Shown here piece after piece: positions 35,679-44,825 of a stretch of DNA of 64,000 bases. Position 1 is the first letter of the stretch; every line of letters begins with the position of its first letter. The notes beneath the pieces were generated by a model that did no database searches, had not been told where the DNA came from, and worked only from the letters and a program-made list of their open reading frames with translations. Both the position numbers and the translations under genes were made by a program. The stretch lies in IMG/VR virus record IMGVR_UViG_3300045988_074170; one strand, written 5' to 3'. The DNA is from a virus.

Positions 35679-36336
35679 AGTCTGTCATACGTGATACTTC
35701 CCTTATTGTAACGTGAGAACCCTGTAATTGCTGTGTCTCCGTAGCACTCTTCTTTTCAGCACTTTCCGAGATTTGTTCGTACAGGCTTTTCCCGCTGGCG
35801 TCCTTTGTTCCAAACAACATCTTACAGTCCTTTTCGAACGGACAAGTATAACAGATTTCATCCTTCGGATTGTAGGGACTACTCCCGAACTTCGCTTCAC
35901 AGAAATTCGGACCCGATATTCTTGACATTCTCAACCGTTCCCTGCGAAACACGTCATCCGATACCGCTTCATAAGTGTTTGTCTTGACAGGGTTCACCAA
36001 CTTCTTCTCACGTGCCCAATCCCTTGCATGCCACTTTGCTTCATCAGAATATTCATTCCAACGTCTCCATGCTTCTTTCCCCATGAACCAACTCGGCATC
36101 GGTTTGCGTTCATGGTCTTGACCCACAAAGACATAGAATTGAAATAGGAGGAAGTTCCAAATGAAGTCCGCTCCCGCAGTCGGGGGAAGCGTTTCCATGA
36201 AAGAAACAACCGCAGAACGATGTAAAGGCTTATTCATCTTGAGCGTTCTGGGCTGTTCCTTCATCCTCATTTGCAGATACTCGTATATCCGCAAAATTAT
36301 CTTCAAAGTTTCATTATAAGAATATAGCATAATCAT
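35662..36336 (-). CDS. Hypothetical protein
   Basis: 224 aa ORF. No motif recognised. Confidence 0.45.
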   Translation of the reverse strand: MIMLYSYNETLKIILRIYEYLQMRMKEQPRTLKMNKPLHRSAVVSFMETLPPTAGADFIWNFLLFQFYVFVGQDHERKPMPSWFMGKEAWRRWNEYSDEAKWHARDWAREKKLVNPVKTNTYEAVSDDVFRRERLRMSRISGPNFCEAKFGSSPYNPKDEICYTCPFEKDCKMLFGTKDASGKSLYEQISESAEKKSATETQQLQGSHVTIREVSRMTDYGEDD

Positions 36337-36347
36337 CTTTAATTTAG

Positions 36348-36370
36348 GGAGAGGGATTTTCTCCCTCTCC
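36348..36370 (-). terminator. GC-rich hairpin (possible terminator or processing site, no T tract)
   Basis: GGAGAGGGA-TTTTC-TCCCTCTCC, a 9-bp stem between ORFs 36375..36944 and 35662..36336. Confidence 0.3.
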
Positions 36371-36374
36371 GTTG

Positions 36375-36944
36375 TTACACCCAGTCGACAATCATATCAA
36401 TTGACTCCTGTTGGGGGTGCGTTACAGGTTTATAACGTCTTCCCGTCGGGTCGGCTGGGTCTGGCTCGCATACATCATCGTACTGTTTCTTGGCAATCTC
36501 GGTATCAACGTGACGGCAAAGCCACAACCCTATTTCCGCACCAGCCTCTAAATCACCTACTTCCAAAACAGCGTCTTCGGTCATGTCAATAAACTGTGCC
36601 CTGAACGGCTTATTCGTAGGAGCCATGACATTCTCCATAGACTTCTGGTTGTATTTGTTCACTACATTCATCGCACCGACAGCCATCTTGTAGGAACAAA
36701 TCGCTCCTTCTTGACGGCTTATCTTCACTGTAATATTCGTACACGGTGTATCGAACTCATTCTTCAGCACGATGGCACGATATTCATCCCTTCCAGACTT
36801 CATTGTCATCAATGATATTTCATCAAAGATGTTGCTGAAGTCATCATTTGCAACAGGGGTGGAGGATTTGAATCCTCCAAGTGAACGCTCGGGATTGGGC
36901 TGTTCACCATTGTACCCTGTGGTCGTAGTGTAGTAAAGTTGCAT
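36375..36944 (-). CDS. Hypothetical protein (possible virion protein)
   Basis: 189 aa ORF at the end of the fibre gene run. Confidence 0.4.
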   Translation of the reverse strand: MQLYYTTTTGYNGEQPNPERSLGGFKSSTPVANDDFSNIFDEISLMTMKSGRDEYRAIVLKNEFDTPCTNITVKISRQEGAICSYKMAVGAMNVVNKYNQKSMENVMAPTNKPFRAQFIDMTEDAVLEVGDLEAGAEIGLWLCRHVDTEIAKKQYDDVCEPDPADPTGRRYKPVTHPQQESIDMIVDWV

Positions 36945-36948
36945 ATCT

Positions 36949-38334
36949 TTATGAATTTTCGTTTACTTTTACCATTACACCCTCGTATTCACCAGTTCCG
37001 GCTTGAGTCGGTACGGTAAACAGTTCGTATCCTCCATCAGCAGTCTTAGTTTCGAAGTCCCAGAAGTCTTCCTCGGTATCCTCAACGAATGTTGCTGTGT
37101 ACACCGTATCAGCCTGAGCAGCAATATCCTGAATGGCTGTCTGATTGTGAGCATTACCATTACGCAACCATCCAGCAAACTTGTAACCAGCAGCAGCCTG
37201 AGCGCATATCTGTACAGTCGTACCCATAGGCACGGATATTGACTCTTCTGCCTTGTCGATTGTTGCTGAATTGTTGATTGAAACGGCTCCTTGAGTTGTA
37301 CCACCGCTGGCTGTCTTGACGGTTATCTTGACATCCTGTACAGGGTCGGGGTCGACTTCCAACACGATGTTTAAGGTCTCGTTCTTTCCCGATACGGTAT
37401 AGTTGCCAGTTTGGGTTAGGTATCCTGGCTTTGATACCGACCAAATCAATGTACGACCGTTTATTGCCTCAACGCTGTTTGTGATAACACCATCGATGAT
37501 TACCTGTGCATCGGCTGGCGTTGGGTTGATTGTGATTGTATAAGTCTGACCCGAACCTCCTGAACCGCCCAGCGTCCAATACTGTGTACGCTCGTCAAGA
37601 ATTGTAACCGAACCACCATTATTACGGACACGAGCGATATAATACTCATTCGCATTCTTAGGAGGCATTGTACTTGCCGATGGCTCCTCTACAAAGGTTA
37701 ATTTATACGTGTCAAAGGTATATAATCCTTCCAACTGTTCATCGGTGAACCTACGACCCATAGGAACGCTTCCCAGAACGATTACCCGTAACTGGGTCTC
37801 AGCCTGAAACGCAACACCGCTTGAGAGAACGATGTTGTTATTATTGATGATATCAACGATTTGATACACCTGATTGTTCAATGGCTGTGAGCCGTCTTCC
37901 TTTACGAAACGAATACAGGTAGGAACGCCAGAACTCTGACCTCGTACGATTCCATTGAAATTGACAGTTCCTGACACGTTTCCTGACGTATCAACCTGAA
38001 CAGTTCCATTCTCGTAATTGTGTGAGTCGGGACCGACTTTCAGCCAATAATACTTCTGGTCGTTAGGAACAGGGAGGTCGAGTTGATTGTCGACCCTGTA
38101 CCCTTTCAGGTCAGAGCCAATCACATATCCTCCCACCATGTTAATCGCTCCCAGAGTTGTGGAAGCCGTCACTTTGAACGCTGAACCAGCCTTTCCTCCA
38201 GGAGATACCAACCCGAAGGAAAGGGAGGCAGCGAAGATTGCGGAAACTTCAGGCTTCTCGTTCAAGAAGCCTATCATCCGTGTGAGTTCTTCTTTCTCTA
38301 AGAACGTACCTCTGTGAATGTTTATCTTACTCAT
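36949..38334 (-). CDS. Tail fibre-like protein with C-terminal Listeria-Bacteroides repeat-like domain
   Basis: Beta-rich sequence. AQAAAGYKFAGWLRNG...TVYTATFVE matches the GY.F.GW repeat signature. It follows the baseplate genes. Confidence 0.45.
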   Translation of the reverse strand: MSKINIHRGTFLEKEELTRMIGFLNEKPEVSAIFAASLSFGLVSPGGKAGSAFKVTASTTLGAINMVGGYVIGSDLKGYRVDNQLDLPVPNDQKYYWLKVGPDSHNYENGTVQVDTSGNVSGTVNFNGIVRGQSSGVPTCIRFVKEDGSQPLNNQVYQIVDIINNNNIVLSSGVAFQAETQLRVIVLGSVPMGRRFTDEQLEGLYTFDTYKLTFVEEPSASTMPPKNANEYYIARVRNNGGSVTILDERTQYWTLGGSGGSGQTYTITINPTPADAQVIIDGVITNSVEAINGRTLIWSVSKPGYLTQTGNYTVSGKNETLNIVLEVDPDPVQDVKITVKTASGGTTQGAVSINNSATIDKAEESISVPMGTTVQICAQAAAGYKFAGWLRNGNAHNQTAIQDIAAQADTVYTATFVEDTEEDFWDFETKTADGGYELFTVPTQAGTGEYEGVMVKVNENS

Positions 38335-38350
38335 ATTTTCAAATATTTAT

Positions 38351-40690
38351 TTATCCCTGTTGGTCAATTTCAATTCTTATCGGAGTTTCACCCTCATCAC
38401 CTGACATCGGTGTAACCTTTGCCCAATTTTCAGGTAATGGGTCGAGTGCCCATTTCTTAGAGGCAGAAACAACGATTGTCTGAATACCACCTGTTGCTGG
38501 TATCTCAACCGCAGACGGAGTGAATGTCAATTCGCTGTTGCGCTCGAATATAGCCTGAATGTCGAGGTCATGGTCACCAACCCAATATTGAGTCGGGTTC
38601 CGAACGTCTTCCGTAGCATCTGTGATAATGTTCCATTTCTTAAACGTATATCCATCACTCGGAGTAGCAGTAAGCGTGATTTCCGTTCTCGGCAAACGGC
38701 TTCCCTCAACTGTGGCGGTTCCCCATCCTGGTTCAACGATTTCAATGTTTACGTCAAGAGGCAAGTTCATCGTGATGTCAAGCGTCTTGTCTTTATCCAT
38801 TGTTACTTCCCCAGTCTGGGTTATTCCCTTGGCGGTGATAGTATAACGGATAACCTCATTCATCGACACTTCGAAACGAACATACCCATTGGCGTCCGTC
38901 GATGAAATAAACCCGTTACTCAACTCTACTTGCGCACCCTGTACAGGTTGCCCGTCAAGTTCTCGTTTGACATTGAACGTCAAGAAGTAGGAAGTCCGTA
39001 CCACCCAATCCAACCACGTGTACGACACGACATTCTTGTACGATACAAGGTATCGTCTCACGAACTCTTCGATATCGTTCTTCGTTCTTGCTGACTTGAT
39101 TTGGGCATACATTGCTATCACGTTCTTCTGCCCCAGATACCCCTGTGAGAACGGGAGGTCAAGCGGTTTAAGAACTATTCCGGCAATAAGAATGTCCGCT
39201 GAAATTGAATCCCTGTCCTGAACGATATAAGGAGCCATATACTTCACATCACCAATGAAGCGAAGCGGTCTTCCGTTCTCAAAATTCAAATACAGGCTTT
39301 CGTCTTTCTGTTCAAGCACATTATAGATGATACCCCTCAATCGGTAGTATATTCCTGGAACCTTACAGGGACTCTGATAACGGGAACCCGTGAAGAAACT
39401 GTTTGTCTCCCGCCAATCGGTGATACGCACCTGATTGATAAGGTTGAAATTCGCATCGTAACAGTTTACCCCAAACTCAATATTCTGGTTCCCTAAACTC
39501 AATGCCTTCACCCATACAGTCACTTCGTAGTCCATTCCGGGATAAACCTCCATCGCCTTACTTTTATCGGCTTCGGTTGATATACCTACTCTTCCCCCAC
39601 CTGTCGGCTGGAAAACGTACATATTATCGATGAATTTTCGTTTCACCGCACCGAGTATAGGGTAATCCTTCAATGGTCCAACTCCGATAGTGTACGACTC
39701 CGAAAACTCAGCCGGAACGTCCTCTCCTGTATAGATTTGCCACGGATAAACCGTATAAATCTCATTCATCTCGGGAGCACCTGTACGCTTCATCTGAAGT
39801 TCATCTTGGTCAAACTGTATCAGGTCGCTGAATGTATCTCCGGCATAATCGGGTCCATAGTCCCAACCCTTTGACACGGCATTCACGGTTTCTGTGCCAT
39901 ACCAAGTAGGAGAACTCCACCCTAAACACCAACCCACGTTCTGTGGGGATAACACTCCGAAGATGAACTCATTCGGCTTTTCGTAGCCTACCAACCTCCT
40001 CAACTCACCCTCTATCGTTCCACCCGTTTCTACGACTTGATATGTTCCTCTCTTGTAGAATTCTTGAATCCAATTATTGAACAGGTAACGACGCTGGTCA
40101 AGTGTATCAATATTCTCATACACCAACCCCCATCCTTCGATGAATTCCTTCATGAGCAAATCGCTGTTCTCCAACTGACGATAGTTTCGTGCATAGATTA
40201 CAACAAATGCAAAATAGTGGGTCATCGTGAGGAAGAATGTATTATAGTCGTCTTGGTTGTTACGACTCACATACATTGGGACTATTCCAGGCTCAAATAG
40301 CTTCTCTAAGACATTTACCGCCCACGTCAGAACCTGTGGGTCGTTGCTGTCAAAGAACGTCTTAAAAATCGTCTTATCGTAAATGGTAGTTGATAGTGGG
40401 TCAGCGTATGGGTCAATAAAGGCTCGCGTCTTAACATACGGTTTCGTCACGTAGTCAAGAACCAAATCACAACTGTCAGTGAGCCGACCCAGTTCACTGA
40501 AAGTTTCTTTCGTCAAAGTTATCCACTCGGTGTACGTTTCACCCCCATCCCTTGAATAGCGGAACAGGCTCTGCTGGTCAGAACGTGCTGCCCTCAGAAC
40601 CGTTACCAATCCCGCAGGTGGAATCATTTGGGTGTGAACCGTAAACCCCTGTCCAACTCGAGGAAATTCTTTAAACTTTATTGTCGCCAT
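38351..40690 (-). CDS. Large tail fibre/baseplate-distal protein with Ig-like C-terminal domains
   Basis: 779 aa. The C-terminus has ATPSDGYTFKKWNI...IQAIFE (Listeria-Bacteroides repeat-like) followed by a BACON-like half, LTFTPSAVEIPATGGIQTIVVSASKKWAL...NWAKVTPMSGDEGETPIRIEI. Confidence 0.45.
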   Translation of the reverse strand: MATIKFKEFPRVGQGFTVHTQMIPPAGLVTVLRAARSDQQSLFRYSRDGGETYTEWITLTKETFSELGRLTDSCDLVLDYVTKPYVKTRAFIDPYADPLSTTIYDKTIFKTFFDSNDPQVLTWAVNVLEKLFEPGIVPMYVSRNNQDDYNTFFLTMTHYFAFVVIYARNYRQLENSDLLMKEFIEGWGLVYENIDTLDQRRYLFNNWIQEFYKRGTYQVVETGGTIEGELRRLVGYEKPNEFIFGVLSPQNVGWCLGWSSPTWYGTETVNAVSKGWDYGPDYAGDTFSDLIQFDQDELQMKRTGAPEMNEIYTVYPWQIYTGEDVPAEFSESYTIGVGPLKDYPILGAVKRKFIDNMYVFQPTGGGRVGISTEADKSKAMEVYPGMDYEVTVWVKALSLGNQNIEFGVNCYDANFNLINQVRITDWRETNSFFTGSRYQSPCKVPGIYYRLRGIIYNVLEQKDESLYLNFENGRPLRFIGDVKYMAPYIVQDRDSISADILIAGIVLKPLDLPFSQGYLGQKNVIAMYAQIKSARTKNDIEEFVRRYLVSYKNVVSYTWLDWVVRTSYFLTFNVKRELDGQPVQGAQVELSNGFISSTDANGYVRFEVSMNEVIRYTITAKGITQTGEVTMDKDKTLDITMNLPLDVNIEIVEPGWGTATVEGSRLPRTEITLTATPSDGYTFKKWNIITDATEDVRNPTQYWVGDHDLDIQAIFERNSELTFTPSAVEIPATGGIQTIVVSASKKWALDPLPENWAKVTPMSGDEGETPIRIEIDQQG

Positions 40691-40692
40691 CG

Positions 40693-41163
40693 TTACTTCT
40701 TAAATTTTCTTATCAGCCAAAAGATTCCTCCACCAACAGTGGCTATCCCTGCGTAGAAGAATATCTTTTCCCACCACCGTAACGGCATACGTTTCGGAAC
40801 CTCAACTTTCTTCTCGACCTCGACAGGATACGGAGCGGGAACTTCCTTGATAACTTCCCTATCCTTATACACTACTTTGACCGGAATACTGTCTTGCTTG
40901 TTTTCAATATCATGCTCGAGCAAACCCGATTCCCCATGATATGTTGCGGTTGAACGAGCGTATTTCGTTTCAACCGTGCTTGTCGTATCAGGTGTGATTA
41001 CTTTCACATACTCCTTCTCGAGTTGTACCTGTACGACTGTGTCCCGTACTGTTTCCGTTACTGTAACAGTCTTCTCCACGGGAATATAAATCTTTCGGCT
41101 GCACGCAGCAACCAAAAGAACTATTCCCACCAGCATAAAAGCCACTTTCGAAATCTTTTTCAT
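40693..41163 (-). CDS. Lipoprotein with C-terminal transmembrane helix (unimolecular-spanin-like)
   Basis: Signal peptide plus lipobox MKKISKVAFMLVGIVLLVAAC, a beta-rich middle, and a C-terminal TM IFFYAGIATVGGGIFWLI followed by RKFKK. Confidence 0.45.
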   Translation of the reverse strand: MKKISKVAFMLVGIVLLVAACSRKIYIPVEKTVTVTETVRDTVVQVQLEKEYVKVITPDTTSTVETKYARSTATYHGESGLLEHDIENKQDSIPVKVVYKDREVIKEVPAPYPVEVEKKVEVPKRMPLRWWEKIFFYAGIATVGGGIFWLIRKFKK

Positions 41164-41170
41164 ATCTTAA

Positions 41171-41629
41171 TTATTCAATGGTTATCCAAACATTCCTCCC
41201 AGCCTTAATCGCTTCACGGACAAGTTTCTTGACCCTGTCAGTGACGTTGAACTGGTTCCTCAGTTGTTCCCTTCCAGGAACCCTGTCGCCTGTCAAAATG
41301 CATCCTTCGGTATGTCCTGGATTGGCTCCTGCGTGAATAAGTATCCCCAAGAAGTGAGGCACGTCTTCAAGAGCAGGATATTCTTTTCCGAATTTCGGAG
41401 AATACCGATAGATAACTTTATAACGTCCTGGAGGAATACAGGTTTCTCCGTACACCTTTTCAGGACATTTGCAAGCAACTCCCCTTGGAGTATTAGGACA
41501 GGTCTCCGGAAGTTTACGTTGGGTGTCTTCCAAAGTATCAGCTATCCTCAACCCATCACAATACAAAACTCCCATCGTGGCGGTTGAGGAAAATTCCTGA
41601 CGAATAAGTTTCAATTCTAAATTATCCAT
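41171..41629 (-). CDS. YkuD/DUF5675-like putative peptidoglycan peptidase (endolysin candidate)
   Basis: ILIHAGANPGHTEGCILTG resembles the L,D-transpeptidase-fold His...(S/T)xGC active-site signature. 152 aa. Confidence 0.4.
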   Translation of the reverse strand: MDNLELKLIRQEFSSTATMGVLYCDGLRIADTLEDTQRKLPETCPNTPRGVACKCPEKVYGETCIPPGRYKVIYRYSPKFGKEYPALEDVPHFLGILIHAGANPGHTEGCILTGDRVPGREQLRNQFNVTDRVKKLVREAIKAGRNVWITIE

Positions 41630-41689
41630 ATCACTTTATCTTTATATTCAACAGCGTAAAAATACAGCAAATTTTCTCTTGAAACAAGT

Positions 41690-42862
41690 CTAATTTGCGG
41701 GATAAAACACGGGTGAGAACTCGTTTGACTCATCAAACATCACGTTCCCTTCCAAGTCTCTCATTATAAATTTCTTAATTCTCGGAAGCATGAAATCTGA
41801 TACAGGCTCATCAACTGACGGCTTGAACCATTCAGAAGCAACATAACGAACCCCCTCTGTATTCTTCACTATCTCTAACAGGTTATCCCACTCAACTCGT
41901 TGGCCAGCTTCCCAGAAGCGGAAGTCAAGATACTTCGTCATTCCAACCTGTATGTTCTTTCTCACAACAGCCGTATCATAGCCAGCCTCCAGTTCACAAC
42001 GGAAATCAACACCGTCTTCCCCTCCAACTTCGTACCACGTAGCGTTCTCCAACTTGATACCCATCAACTTCCCGGAAACTATCATATCTCCGATACCGAA
42101 ATAGGGAGTCGCTTTTTCAAGCAATGTCTTCAACTCTGCGGAGGAAAGTTCTTGACCGTTCTGTGTCGCCAACTGTATGTGAATGAACGAGTCTTCCATG
42201 ATTCCTACAAACATAATCTTGAGGATTCTGTTATCGAAATTTTGAAAGATTTGAGTCAGTTTTTCAATCGTCGCTGTGGCATACACGTTCTGGTGGTTCA
42301 GGATACGTCTCCGAAACATTTCATCGCTCTCCTTGTCACGACCGCCAATGGCATAGTATTCATTCGTACATTCGTAGTGCCCTTGCGGAATAGGGTTCAC
42401 GGTCGTAATACTGTTCGCATCAACGTTCGTAAAGCTCCCTAAAGCCTCGCTTCTCACCTTTACATAACCATACCCCGACTCGCCAACTGTAAGAGAGTTT
42501 TCGATGGCGAAACGAACGCCATTTGTGCTCACAAAGGTATTCACTCCAGCCGTGTACGTTGTTCCTGGCTCAGCATATACTCTGATGTACGTAGAAGAAC
42601 CCAACGCTCCGTAACGAGCCGTCACTCCAAACAGTGAGGCTGCTCTATCCAAGTAATCACCAGCAGCCGTTTCTGGAAAGATTTGAGCCTCTACGATAGC
42701 CACGTCCTTGATTGCCTTTTGCGCAACCTTTGCCGTCGCATATGCGGCAGCGTTCAAAACGGAGTTGTCGGTGATATCTGACACTTTATCCGTTTTGTTC
42801 AAAAATGTCTCGACCCAAAGATTTTTCAGGAATGAGATTGTGTTATTTACTTTCGTTATCAT
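41690..42862 (-). CDS. Baseplate J-like wedge protein
   Basis: AAGDYLDRAASLFGVTAR resembles the conserved Baseplate_J block. Size and position also fit. Confidence 0.55.
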   Translation of the reverse strand: MITKVNNTISFLKNLWVETFLNKTDKVSDITDNSVLNAAAYATAKVAQKAIKDVAIVEAQIFPETAAGDYLDRAASLFGVTARYGALGSSTYIRVYAEPGTTYTAGVNTFVSTNGVRFAIENSLTVGESGYGYVKVRSEALGSFTNVDANSITTVNPIPQGHYECTNEYYAIGGRDKESDEMFRRRILNHQNVYATATIEKLTQIFQNFDNRILKIMFVGIMEDSFIHIQLATQNGQELSSAELKTLLEKATPYFGIGDMIVSGKLMGIKLENATWYEVGGEDGVDFRCELEAGYDTAVVRKNIQVGMTKYLDFRFWEAGQRVEWDNLLEIVKNTEGVRYVASEWFKPSVDEPVSDFMLPRIKKFIMRDLEGNVMFDESNEFSPVFYPAN

Positions 42863-43779
42863 ATCTGAATATTTGTTACAAGGAAATTATTCGTGACTGT
42901 CTTCGCCTGTATCTTCATGAAGATTGCGTCCTCTTTACGGTACAGGTCAAGAAGATTTACCTCAACCCAACGAGCGTCCCTTTGGAACATATTGACAAGA
43001 TGCTTAAACAGGGACGGATACTGTATAGCGTTCACCGAACTACCGATTGCCTCGTTAGGAAGCCCATAATCCGGGAACTCCGGAATTGAACCTTTCAACG
43101 AATTGATGATAGTGTCAAGTGCCTGTCCTATCGCTGCCTCGTATTCAAGTGTCGCCAAGTCATCATTTTCAAACCGAAAGTTCTTATCAATGTCCTTTCC
43201 GAGTATCTTCTCAGAATCAAGATTATCAACGATGTTAGGAATGTTGAAATTTCCCGTAGTACGAATGTTGATTTTGAACATCCCTCCACCCTTGTTAGCA
43301 TCGTAGTCCTCTTCCTCTACCAAGTTGTTTCTTGCGATATCGACCCAATCATCCTGAGGATTGTTCGAACCTAACTGTGACGATACATTCTCAAACGTCT
43401 CACGAGTCTTGAGAACCCTCTGAAGTGCAACGTTCATACCGTACCGCCCAATGATAGCCGAGCGCAACCATCGTGATGAATTGTCTATCGTCCACAACTT
43501 CGTTTGACACTCCGTGAACATATCAAGCAATTCCCATGAATCTATTCTCGCCAAGCCTGTTGCCTTGAGCGTGAACAGGGGTTCAATCTCTCGTGACTGT
43601 TTTAACAGCGTATCAAGCCGTCCGAATGAATCCCCGATATCAATATCGTCCTGACCTGTATAATATGCAACTATCAGAGGATAGTAGGAATTCGCGAACA
43701 GCGCAAACGACTCAAAGAACGACTGAATGTCGTACCCTGTTTGCTTCTTAAAGGTCTCTAATGCGTCTCTCATAACCAC
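42859..43779 (-). CDS. Putative baseplate protein
   Basis: Synteny only. 4-nt overlaps with its neighbours. Confidence 0.35.
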   Translation of the reverse strand: MVMRDALETFKKQTGYDIQSFFESFALFANSYYPLIVAYYTGQDDIDIGDSFGRLDTLLKQSREIEPLFTLKATGLARIDSWELLDMFTECQTKLWTIDNSSRWLRSAIIGRYGMNVALQRVLKTRETFENVSSQLGSNNPQDDWVDIARNNLVEEEDYDANKGGGMFKINIRTTGNFNIPNIVDNLDSEKILGKDIDKNFRFENDDLATLEYEAAIGQALDTIINSLKGSIPEFPDYGLPNEAIGSSVNAIQYPSLFKHLVNMFQRDARWVEVNLLDLYRKEDAIFMKIQAKTVTNNFLVTNIQI

Positions 43780-44564
43780 CCCTCCAATACTGTTTCAGTT
43801 ACAGGTTGCAAAGCGTCTGTGACCACTGAAGCGACCTCACTCACTCCCGTCTGTATCATCGAAGGAAGTAACTTATCAAGCAACGATTTGTTATTCTTGT
43901 TAGATACTGCCTCCAGCGGAGCCAACGCTATCAACGTCAAATTATAATTCCAAATCATGTTTTTCGACAAGTCCTGAGAGAACTGTACCCCACTCGGTGG
44001 AATAGCCACAAGATAACTTTCCCCGAGTGCCATGTTATAGAAGTACAAACGCAACGGTTTACCCTTATCGTCAAGACCCACACTCTTACTTGCCATAGCC
44101 TGTAATATCTTCATCACACCATAACCCGTCTTGACGTTCAGGTTAAAGTTCGAAAAGGCGAGTCCCGATATTGAACCGCTTTTCTTTGTAATGTCGAACA
44201 GGTGGTATTTCCCAGCACTCACACTCTTACTTGAAGAGTTGATGCTCACATCTGGCTTTGGATTTATCAGGATTTTGAATTGACGACCGAAACTTCCCTT
44301 AATGTTAATTTCCTGAGGCGAATAAGAAGGAGTCGACAATACTGTTACTCCAGCCATTGACTTCTTGATATTCGTTCGAGTAGGTTCGGTCTTTGAGATA
44401 GAATCCGGCATAATAGGGAATGTCAGATAATCTATCGTATTGTCATCACTATCCGCAAGTTCCAAAGCAACCATGTACCATTCGAAGTCGTTGGGATACA
44501 GGCTCGCAAGAGCCTGTCCCCCGATTGACTTCGCCATGTTCATAACTGTATCTAATGCAGACAT
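43770..44564 (-). CDS. Putative baseplate/tail protein
   Basis: Synteny only. Confidence 0.35.
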   Translation of the reverse strand: MSALDTVMNMAKSIGGQALASLYPNDFEWYMVALELADSDDNTIDYLTFPIMPDSISKTEPTRTNIKKSMAGVTVLSTPSYSPQEINIKGSFGRQFKILINPKPDVSINSSSKSVSAGKYHLFDITKKSGSISGLAFSNFNLNVKTGYGVMKILQAMASKSVGLDDKGKPLRLYFYNMALGESYLVAIPPSGVQFSQDLSKNMIWNYNLTLIALAPLEAVSNKNNKSLLDKLLPSMIQTGVSEVASVVTDALQPVTETVLEGWL

Positions 44565-44581
44565 ATCTTTAAATTTTTCTA

Positions 44582-44589
44582 CAAATATA
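44582..44589 (-). promoter_or_regulatory. Possible -7 box TAtaTTTG
   Basis: TATATTTG on the minus strand, 18 nt upstream of the ATG at 44564. No good -33. Confidence 0.3.
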
Positions 44590-44597
44590 GTAAATCG

Positions 44598-44819
44598 TTA
44601 CAATATTTTTCCTGGACCAGTCGTAGCACCTGTCTGAGCAGTAGCAGAACCAGCGGTCGAAACAGGGATTCCAGCCTGAACCTCACCCGTCTTGACAAAA
44701 GCGTCAATTGCGTCTGCCAACCCGTTCGCGAACTTACTATCATCAATCTCGGTTTCCTTTCTCGCGTCTGTCATCAATTTCAATATTGATTGTGCGAGTG
44801 CTGTTTTATTTAATGGCAT
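44598..44819 (-). CDS. Hypothetical small protein
   Basis: 73 aa ORF within the baseplate cluster. Confidence 0.4.
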   Translation of the reverse strand: MPLNKTALAQSILKLMTDARKETEIDDSKFANGLADAIDAFVKTGEVQAGIPVSTAGSATAQTGATTGPGKIL

Positions 44820-44825
44820 AATCTC

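Noticed and set aside
41630-41689. Promoter upstream of the endolysin-like gene (TATTTTTA and TTTG motifs)
   Set aside because: The -7-like box lacks the final G. The TTTG is only 3 nt away rather than about 19-21 nt, so the spacing does not fit the consensus.
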